Shown here one piece after another: positions 53,502 to 64,000 of a stretch of 64,000 bases of DNA (within the stretch, counting starts at the first letter, position 1; the number at the start of each line of letters is the position of its first letter). The notes beneath the pieces are model-generated. The model made no database searches, had not been told where the DNA came from, and saw nothing but the letters and a program-made list of their open reading frames with translations. The position numbers were made by a program, and so were the translations under genes. This DNA comes from Veleropilina oligotropha. Taxonomy: Eukaryota. The DNA is taken from assembly GCA_048128005.1 (NCBI GenBank), contig JBEUKZ010000064.1, positions 496,001-560,000 of the forward strand. The letters are read 5' to 3'.

Positions 53502-55210
53502 AAATTATTAGTAGCACTTTTAATGAAGCATTTTCTGTATCACTTTTATGGAATAAATTGTTATTAAAAAGTTGTTTATATCTGTAATCTTGTAAAAAAT
53601 AATCACATACACAGAGGTCAAATGACGTACGTGGACGGAACATCAATATTCGATGTAATCATGATTGAAACAGCTAATAATATGTCCATACAGTTGTTTT
53701 GTGTCACAAAAACACGCATAATTAACAAAATAGAAGTAAAAATACGTCTTTTTGTTAATTAATATATTTTTCACATGTTGTTGTGTAAACTGCTGTCAAA
53801 AATAACATAAGTGAGAAAATCGGCTGTCAAAAACTGACGTACGTTTTGGAATTGTTGTCAAAATCTATCAGCTTCAACAACGCAAGCTTGGACTAAACGA
53901 AACTACCATGTATCGTCCGAAATTTTATCTTTTTCAATGAAACTTGCATTTATAAATATACCATTGCAGTCAATTCGGGTTTTGCAATATTAAATATGCA
54001 AATTTCGGAAATTGGCGGTCACGTATGTCATTTCTTTCGTACGTTACTTATCTTGACAACACGAAGAAACTTTTGACTGTTCCGCCATTAAAGTCTTCTT
54101 TGACACAAACCTATGACGTTTTAAACAAGAGTCGAAAATTCCACCAATTGGTAAACCATAAACGACGGGTTACTAAAAGAACATGGGGAGTTGCCTGAAA
54201 CCACGTACGTTATTCTTTGACAGACGAACTCGATTGCTATTTCTAATTGCGATAAATTTATGCCAACACGAAGCACTGTCGCACATTGATTTTTATTTGA
54301 TTATTTCACAATAGAATTATCAATATAATTAAATATGTTCATAAATAAAAGCATAAACCACATAAAAATAATTATTTCACCCCAGTGTTCATTTTGACAG
54401 ACAACATGACGTACGTTGAATCAAAGATAAATACGATTTTTAAAGCAATTAATATATGTATATCATATAATTAGCACAATTGTTCAATGATTTACAACAT
54501 ACCTAAATAAAATATTATGCACAAAGGTATTAAAGTTAACTTGAATAAAGATACAAACCCATGAAAGTGAGATGTCTTGTTTTGGACAAAAAGTAGCGTA
54601 TTTAATGATGAAAATTGGACAATTTCGGTTCAGAAAATATTAAAACATTGATATAGGAAAACACTTTTATTTTCACTATTACCTTGTATTATTAGGAAAT
54701 AAATATAACTAAGTGCAAAACAATTGAGTTATAAGGATATATGTAAACTAGTCAGTAAATATGATACACAGCAGTTCTTAACATTGTTACTCATTAGCAT
54801 ATTTGTACTCATATATATATATATTATACTGGGACCTCACGATAATAAATATAAAGTAGTAAAATAACCTTACAAAATAAATTCACCCGCTCAAAATATT
54901 GTCCGATCGGAAGAGATATTAAATGTCCACTGCCGTAAATAGGTTTTGCATCGTTTTATAGAGATTTTTCTGTACGAGAAATTCTACTTCCGTGATGTCC
55001 CCCGGATGAATTATATTGTAGCAGAATGTGCGAGACAGTAATACCCTCGTTTTGGAAAAACAGCTCGCTGAAATCATTTCACAGGTGAACGTTGCCAGGT
55101 AAAGGTGTCCCTAAAACTAGACGGTCGGTCGGGTAACAGGAAACAAAACACTTTTTTTTCTACGCCTTATGCGAAATATCGATTACCATTTGCATGTTCT
55201 TTTCTGATTA

Positions 55211-55429
<219 letters not shown>

Positions 55430-55890
55430 TTATGAATTTATCAAGTCATGAGTTAGATTCCTGAATGACTTGAATTTTTTATTGCCCCATTAGTAGTATT
55501 TACATACAACATCAAATCATTTCATAATTCATAGTAGTTTATGGCAAGCCTTAAAATTTCAATATTTTGCATAACTGTTTTACTGTTCTTGCACTTTTGT
55601 TCAAGAGGAACGATTTCTTTATGAAGTTTGAGATGAAAACTTTCACGACATCAAAATGTCACTTAAAGATGCTGAATCTACATTCATATGAGATTTCATA
55701 TAAAAGAAAACCATAAATACGATATGGTATCCATACATGACATGTTTTTAGGACGAAGGAAAAGTTAAAATGCAACAAAAGGTGTTGCTGGCATTTAATA
55801 ATCGCTTCAGCCGACGTGGTATTTTATTCGAGCGCACCAACCTCCGAAGCCATCTTATCTCATTTATCGTTATTAGGTCAAACGTCACGT

Positions 55891-56686
55891 CAGGCCTGCA
55901 CAAATTGAATTTTTGCGCAACCCGTTTATGGGTTACGCCAAATAGTAGTTGCGTAACCCATTTTGGGGGTAACCTTTTTTATGCGAAACTTCTTCAATTC
56001 ATTAATAATACTTTAGGCTGTGTTAAATTGGTTCCTTGTTTCTTGTCCCATGATTCTGGTAAACCAAAGCGGTCAACACAACACAACAGCCATTTTACCA
56101 CACAACATTTCGCTCTACAATATTCTGACCATGGGCGTAAAGTACGTGCATATTTACAACGAATACCCTATATTTCCTATTTCTTTATGGCAGATGAATG
56201 ATTAACTTCTGTTTAGTGACCACGTCAACAAATTTCAGCAATAAAACATTGTCCATCATCTTTGAATGTTTAGTTATGAAGATGACAGAGATTGTTCGTT
56301 TTAACTTGGAAATATGAGTCATTTGTTTTCATTAATAGTGGTGTCATTTATAAACCTGGCACAGAGAGATGGTGTTCCAAAAACAAATGTATTTCATATT
56401 GATTCAATTACAATTAAAACAGTGATGACTCCAATGAGGCATTCAAGAAAGAACAGTGGTAACAGGTGAACACAGAACAGACTATAAATTTACAATACTG
56501 GTGTATTTCTAACTTCTTTAAAAGTATGTAAAACTTGGGGGCGAAATCTACAGACAGCGATCTTTTGCATCACATGAATACGATATGCCAAAAAAAACGA
56601 ACGAACGAAAATTGGGTTACACAACATTGCATTTGCGCGAGCTTCAGGCGAGCTGAACGATCGTTCGCGCAATTTGTGCAGGCCTG
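55891..56686. mobile_element. hAT-like MITE with 5-bp TSD
   Basis: Perfect 17-bp TIR CAGGCCTGCACAAATTG / CAATTTGTGCAGGCCTG; CACGT at 55886-55890 and 56687-56691. Confidence 0.85.
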
Positions 56687-57820
56687 CACGTGGTCCCGTC
56701 GATTTGATTGACATCGTGCAGAGCAAGCAAATGGTGTTGCAGCTGGGTCAGTGTTTATTAGCGGTTCGCTGAAATTGATGTATTGCATTGAAACATATAG
56801 CTAGTTTCTCATAATTGTAGTATATGGCAGCAATACTAACATAATAACCATATTTATTTCACCAACTAATTAGGCCTATTGCGCACCGCGACATTGTAAT
56901 GGCATGGGCATTCACTGTTTCAAGTGCTTCACTGTTTGTTTACAAGTTGAAGTAGCCGCATCCAATTTTCATTGATCACGTTATTTATTATTTTCAAGTT
57001 TTTCGCATACATCCATTTTATAATCAGAAGCAGTCACAGTCGATAACGGCTGCCTGCTTCTATTTCTCTTGTCGACACAGCCATGGAAACCGATATAAAC
57101 AAAACTCAGATGACGACCTAGAAATGACCCGGTATAAATAGATCGCGGGAGTGATTTAGGGCGGAGCTAAGGGACGTGTTGATTCCGCCAAGCCGTCGTT
57201 CATTTTCGTACAAATCTCGTGTACAATCGGCTCGAATTATGAGCACACGCTCATAATTCAATAAAAAATATTTATTACCAAGTGAAAAATTTGTTGCCGT
57301 GTGTGGTAATCGCTGAAACGTCCTAACTATATGATGCAATAAATCAATGCAGAAAGTGTAAGATAGAACAGTATTTAAATACGTTTTAGCGATCTGAAGT
57401 AGATCCTGCATCTTTAAAATTTAATACTACTATTATTATGCCAAAAATTGAAACTGTACGGCCTGTGAACACATTGTGGCATTGTTTCCCGAAAAAATAT
57501 TATTGTTGCTAACTGTCAGAACAATTTCTGGCACACAATTTCGAAGCTGGCAGCAGCCTTTCTATTCCAACAACGTTAGAGCCTGCTACTTCCTACTCCA
57601 CATGGTTGGGAAGGCACGTCAACCCGGCCTCATATGTTATAGGAGTACAGCCTTTCATGGTGGAAATCCCATGTTATTAATAGAATGTTTCACCCAAAAA
57701 CCGTACTGGGCATCTGATTAATTTCCGTCAGTGATCGCAAGGCGTTGATCGACACGAAAATTAACGAGTCACATTCAGGAACATTGGCTTCAAGACAGGG
57801 TCAGACAATTTGACCCAATT

Positions 57821-58527
57821 AACAAGAGCTGTCAGAAGGACAGCATGCTCGACTATCAAAAGCTAGATCGATGAACTTTCAAGGCTGTAGTGTGAACAGT
57901 TTGTGAGAAAAGGCCCTTCATGCAAAACATTAACCTGAATTATCTAAGTCGAAAAATGGAAATAATTTGGTAAAAATGAAGCTAGAGTTATGGCCCTTGT
58001 ATTGCAAGTTCGCATAATGATGTGACAAGCGTATGAAGTTTCAAGGCTGTAGTGTGAACACTTTGTGAGAAAAGGCCCGTCATGCAAAATGTTAACCTGA
58101 AGTTGACTTTGTGAGAAAAGGCCCTTCATGCAAAACATTAACCTGCATGAATTGTCTAAGTCGAAAAAGGGGAATAATTTGGTAAAATAACGAAGCCAGA
58201 TTTATTACGCCTGTAATGTAAGGTCGCATAATGACGTTGAACAAGTGTATGAAGTTTGAAAGGTGTAGTGTGAAAAAATTGTGAGAAAAGACCCTTCATG
58301 CAAAACATTAACCTGACTTGTCTAAGTCGAAAAAGGGGAATAATTTTGTAAAACAACGAAGCCAGAGTTATTACGCCTAATATGTAAGGTCGCATAATGA
58401 CATTGAACAAGTGTATGTAGTTTGAAAAATTTGTGAGAAAAGACCCTTCATGCAAAATGTTAACCTGAAGTTTGACGCCAACGCCGACGACAGGGTGACT
58501 GCAATAGCTCGTACTATTTTAGAATAG
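57821..58527. mobile_element. HINE/DINE-like element with several internal tandem units
   Basis: Same start as 53118; repeated unit GTGAGAAAAG.CCCTTCATGCAAAA..TTAACCTGA..TCTAAGTCGAAAAAGGGG. Confidence 0.7.
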
Positions 58528-60421
58528 TTGCTCACAATTGACGTCACACCTTCATTATTTTTTAATGCATGCGGACAAATACAGGCAGATTCCATTGTAT
58601 TTGGTCATTGTTTGTCCGCTTTCTACCTGCGGACAGTCTATTTATATCATTCTACTGGAATTGTGAACAACGCTATTCTCATGATTCTGCAGTCACTGAA
58701 GTTTACGTGAAGAAGATGGAAATTTTTACAAATTGAATGTCATGGACAACATAACTGACAAAATATGTCATAAATCAGATTACATAAATTAGTAATGGCA
58801 ATGCAAATTAATAAATAACTGTGAACATCTTATAGGAGTTAAGCAATGAAATCTAGGTCATGGCTGTTCACATGATGACCTCTACTGGGGCTGGGTCATA
58901 GGGCCTAGCATGATGTCAAAACATTCCATATATGGAAATATCAATCTAAACAGAATTTCTTTGATCTCACACCCAGGAAATTTATTGCATTTTGAAAACG
59001 TTTCACGCAGCAGAAACTGTATTACATGCACAATGCTGTTGCAAATTATGACTTATATTTCAAGTTATAAAATCTGAATTCATCATCACAACATTTATAA
59101 TATTTTAAAATAACAACGCTTGGGGATGCGCCTCGCGTTCAGCCTATAAAGGTTCCCAGGGGTCGGGGCCAACACATTTGACCATCAATCAGCTTGCACA
59201 CTTCAAAGAATCCATGACGGGACATTAAAATCAGACAGCTCTTGCGAACAGAATACTGAATAAATCGCTAAGTGCTAATACTTAACTATAGTACTAGTAT
59301 ACGTATGAAAAATTATCAATTGCTTTATTCCGTTTGCATTCATACATGTGATACCTCCCGCCGGGAGTATAATTCTCCCGAAATCGGCACCCCCAAAATG
59401 GCCTACTCCCGAAATGACAGAAATCTCCCGAAATGACAAATTCCTACCGGAATATCTTGATTTCTCCCTCAAAGCTATTTTCGCAATGTTATTTCTTATC
59501 CGCAATAGTTTTGGAGTCGATAACGGAACTCGTTTAATAAGTCGTCAAATACAGTAGATGCTGTAACAATATACCTCTACATAAATTGTGTAGATAGAAC
59601 GCGATAGAGCATGAAGATTATTGTCAAAATATTCGTTTGATACTTCGTTTACCACAAGCACTCAGCGTTCTTTTGTTGAAACATTGAAGCGTGCTTTTGT
59701 GTTGATAGCAATTGTCGCGCAGTAATTTCGGGAACTATTTACGGAAATATACGAGTGTTTTCCGACTTTCATATCTCTTTATGTTGCGTTACAAAATAAT
59801 CTCGCACCGGGTATTTAAATTTGTACTATTTAATACGAAGATAATTTTCGAAACAACGTTGTGATCTATTATTGATGATGTAGGACCGTAGTTCACAAAG
59901 AATTAGATGTCAATAGAGCTGATTATTTATTTATTTATTTAAGTAATACTGATATCGTTTTGTGCCTTGTGAATACTGCTTCATCATTTGTGCTTGTAGG
60001 CATATGCCATATTAGACTCGGTTTGAGATTAAAGGTTCAATGTCTGCAGCGCACCCAAAGGAAAGCCACAGCTGTGGACAGTAACTTTTGGCACATCTCC
60101 AACAGTCAACTCCTCCAGTCAAAACAACCGCGGTTCATTTGCCATAACTGTTAACATAACATTAAACAACTTGCTTGAAATTGACTTTGCTGATAGTAGA
60201 TTTTAATACTGATACATCTCCCAGAAATAAAGAAATGAACTAGGAAATATATGTATGAAGTTGACAAGGTAAACGATCTGGCATGTTGCAGGAACGATTT
60301 TCCGTTCCTCTACTTTTTGGATTTGCATAACCTCCAGAGGAACGAAACGCTCATTCCTCTCAAATTTTAAGGCTTGGTTAACGGTGACTTTATTTAAAAC
60401 TTGTTGGCGTAAACTCGATTA

Positions 60422-63096
60422 CTGTAAATCATGAAATTTTGGCAAGCATAAAATTTTGGCGAACTTAGCGACGAAGCAAATTTCGCTAACATTTTATGCC
60501 GCTAATATGTCTACTATTATATCCATATATAAGAAGGGTGGGTGACAGTCTTTAAGAAATATGTTTTTTAGCAATGTAACTAATAAACTATCTAACATTG
60601 TTCAGGAGTAATGGGTTTTTATTACTTGCCATTTATGTATGAATAAACCATATTTTCACCACTTGTTTGTTCAACTTTATTCCATGAAAGGTCCGCTGAA
60701 ATCCTTCAAAAACGTGCGGAAAACTTAGGCCGGCCATTTTGTTTGTCTTTGTTTTAGTCTCGCCAAAAGGGGAATTCAGTAACAGAAACATATTCATTAT
60801 TTATCATTTTATTAAACGATATTATTCGATCAGAAACCAATAGCAACAGCCCAATTCTGACTAATGTATGAAATTAACTTTAATATTAGGAATCGTACAC
60901 CAAAGAACGGCGGAAACAAATGAGCATATCAACTTCCTTGCTATAGTTCTCGTTCTACAGATAACGTTTATTCAACAGCATTGCGTAGAGCCTCGTTTTT
61001 GCACAAGTTCCACTACTGGTTCACTGCATAAATGAGTCCTCCCTTGATAACACATCAGTGTCCATTTTAATGACAAAAGACGATTAACTTTCTCTCTACT
61101 GGCAAGTAACACTACAGTATATTATGCATAGTACTTTATTAAGTAACAATTATTGAATAAACATAACAAATGCATTTGTCATCCTATTACCGCCCAATAT
61201 CCATTCTTAGTATTATCTCCAAAATTCTAGAAAGAATTGTGTATATACAGCTTGAAAGATATTTATGCGAAAATAACTTAATTTACGAATTCCAGTCAGG
61301 TTTTCGCCCTGGCTATTCCACCGACACTTGTTTGATCTATATGACTGATCATATAAGAAAAGAAATGGATAAAGGCAATTTTACCGGCATGGTAGTTTTA
61401 GATCTTCAAAAAGCGTTTGATACGGTTAACCATGATATTCTTTTAGGAAAATTAAGTGCTTGCGGGTTAAACCGCGAAGCAGTTTTATGGTTCAAGTCAT
61501 ATTTACATGATAGAAAACAGGCTGTTAATGTAAATGGTACTCTGTCTGACGCAAACTCTGTTAATTGTGGTGTGCCACAAGGTTCCATTCTTGGACCCTT
61601 ATTATTTTCCTTGTATGTAAATGACATGTCATCAGCGGTTTCTTGTAAATTGTTATTATACGCCGATGACACAGCTCTGATAGTATCTAGCAACACCATA
61701 AATTTCATTCAGACAACGCTTAGCAGGGAATTAGAATCGATATACCAATGGCTGGTCGACAATAAGCTCTCCATTCATTTTGGCAAGACCGAATCAATCC
61801 TTTTTGGTACAAAGCCAAGACTTACTAAACAGAACACACTGAATATTCATTGTAACGGCAACAAAATATCAGAAACTAAAAGCATAAAATACCTTGGTGC
61901 CACTCTGGACCAATCACTTTCGGCAAGATCATGGCTGATAAAGTAATCTCAATGACAATATCAAGGCTTAAATTCTTATATAGAAACAAGGACCATCTAG
62001 ACACACAGTCCCGCAAATTATTAGCTTCTGCACTGATTCTGTGTCACTTTGATTATGCTTGTTCATATTGGTATAGCGGTTTACCCAAAATGTCTATGCA
62101 TCGTCTACAAACCTGCCAAAATAAAGTCATTCGCTTTATTTTAAATCTTGACCAGAGGTCGCATGTAGGTCCATATCAATTTTCTAAAGTAGGCTGGCTT
62201 CCTGTTGAATATCGAGTAAAGTACATAAAGCTAGTTCATATGTACAAAATCACATCCGGTGCAGCTCCATCATATCTCACTATAGATGCAGTCCCCACTT
62301 CTTCAATTCATAATCATTTTACTCGCCACAGTCAATCATCGCTGCATATACGCAGACATCTCGGAGCAGGTCAAAAGTCATTCTATTACACAGCTTACCA
62401 TGCATGGAATTCTGTTCCACACAATATTCAAAATTGTACGTCCACTGCCTCATTTAAGCACAAAATCAAAATCCACTTACAAAATGAATTTCATGCCACC
62501 AATAGCAATTAAAATGTCAACATGCAAAATATAAAATCTCTTTTGTACTATTATTTTGAATATATTGCTTGTATTATGCTTGTATCATTGCGATTGTATG
62601 TAAATGTTGTTGTTGTTTATTATATGTATTTCTGGACCACAGTGGAAATAAGCATTGCGCTTTCTGTGTCATCCATGCTTTGATCTTAGCTAAATAAAAT
62701 CAATCAATCAATCAATCAATTAATTAGTACTTTATTTGAAAGCACCAATTCACATTTTACGCTCACATGACGACTTACAATCGGAACACCAGTGTCATTA
62801 TATTAATTCTATTACGATTTGTACAATGAACTTGCAACCTACTTAGATACTTAGTCATCCTGCTAATAGTCATACTTCACTATCTGCAGTTGCGATAACA
62901 ATGTGTAACAATCAGACAATTAACAGCTATACGGGGCGTCAGATAACATTTAAAGTAATTATAATTTGCATTGTTGTCAGTCTCGCTAATAATGCATTTC
63001 CCGAAATTCGATTATTGCTAAAATTACATGTCGCTAATTGGTCCATTGTGACCAATTCGCTAAATTTTTATGCCTCTAATATATTATGGTTTACAG
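60422..63096. mobile_element. Tc1/mariner-type MITE shell (TA flanks) expanded by nested insertions
   Basis: Imperfect TIR CTGTAAATCATGAAATTTT..GCATAAAATTTTGGCGAA / TTCGCTAAATTTTTATGC..ATGGTTTACAG with TA on each side; encloses the LINE at 61183. Confidence 0.55.
61183..62720 (+). mobile_element. 5'-truncated CR1/L2-group LINE (RT domain and 3' end)
   Basis: YRPISILS, QSGFR, DLQKAFD, GVPQGSILGP, YADD, KYLG motifs; frameshift at ~61930; tail AATAAAAT(CAAT)n. A different family from the LINE at 15855. Confidence 0.92.
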
Positions 63097-63158
63097 TATA
63101 TTATAAATTATAAATAGTACTGAAATTACATAAATTTAGCCAACACTGTCTAATGTCA

Positions 63159-63371
<213 letters not shown>

Positions 63372-63876
63372 CTATTAGTAATACTAGTAATTATACAACC
63401 GGTGTGCACTGGTTTGCACTATGTAGGTGCCAGGTGGGTGAAAATACACCGGACCACACAGCATCCGACCGTCTATCCGATAAAGATGCTATAAATTTAC
63501 AATCGAGGCTGAGATCACAAAATGTAAAAATTTGGCCGTAAACCTAATCATATCAAACAAATGATATTTCTTTCCCAAAGTATCTATTACAGAATGTCAT
63601 AAAATCTATTCACAATGTAACAATGTCGCATTCAAGAATATTTATGATAGTAATATTTGTAAAAGGGCTGAGACGCTAATAATTATTTTAATGTCATAAA
63701 ATCTTTGATATTAATTGTGACTCTCTTCGACTAAATCTAATCTTATAAAATTATTGTATAATTTAATAGACATATAATAGGTCTACTTTTGACATTATAG
63801 ATACTGCTCGACATAGCCAGTGGCGAGTAAATGTCCATTTGGGCGACTAGAGAGTAAAAACAATATACGTTACCCT

Positions 63877-64000
63877 GGGGCGGCGAGTTTGAGACGTACG
63901 TTTATCCTGAGTGTTGAAAATGTCACATGAGACGAAGTAGAGTGTGACATTTGATTTTCATAGCGAACAGGATAAACGTACGTCTCAAACGAGACGCCAC
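63877..64000. repeat. Small inverted-repeat (hairpin MITE-like) element at the window edge
   Basis: GTTTGAGACGTACGTTTATCCTG (63887-63909) and its exact reverse complement (63968-63990), with inner AATGTCACA / TGTGACATT arms. Confidence 0.7.

Larger units (their letters stand above)
49307..55166. mobile_element. Possible Zator-like TIR element enlarged by nested insertions
   Basis: Imperfect TIR GGCCTAAAAAAAATGTTTTGTTTCCTGTTAC / GTAACAGGAAACAAAACACTTTTTTTTCTACGCC with TTA on both flanks; the two ends could belong to separate copies. Confidence 0.5.

Noticed and set aside
52420..54420. Dispersed ACGTAYGTCA / TTTTGACAG motifs
   Set aside because: Probably subterminal repeats of a decayed DNA transposon, but termini and TSD could not be defined; no support for a regulatory cluster.

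Overview
This is AT-rich eukaryotic genomic DNA, most likely from an invertebrate animal (spliceosomal GT-AG introns, dense transposon landscape; species not determinable). The main host gene is a minus-strand beta-tubulin with the classic animal exon layout: exon 2 at 63191-63299, exon 3 at 55216-55326 and last exon at 41031-42088; exon 1 lies beyond the window end. About 10.8 kb of ancestral sequence is duplicated head-to-tail (copy A ~3233-21465, copy B ~21470-42685). The tubulin last exon therefore occurs twice, with an orphan but intact copy at 14362-15419 carrying A301T. The duplicated block also hides a probable small plus-strand spliced gene ending in a divergent SH3 domain split over two phase-compatible exons. 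The copies differ at ten transposon insertion sites whose empty alleles are visible in the other copy. These include a CR1/L2-group LINE carrying a self-nested MITE, a hAT transposon with 6-bp TSDs nested inside a related hAT derivative, a long-TIR foldback element, Crypton-like elements with long terminal palindromes, Helentron-type (HINE/DINE-like) elements and a tRNA-derived SINE. All alignments and counts were done by eye; family names rest on motif and structure recognition, not database searches.
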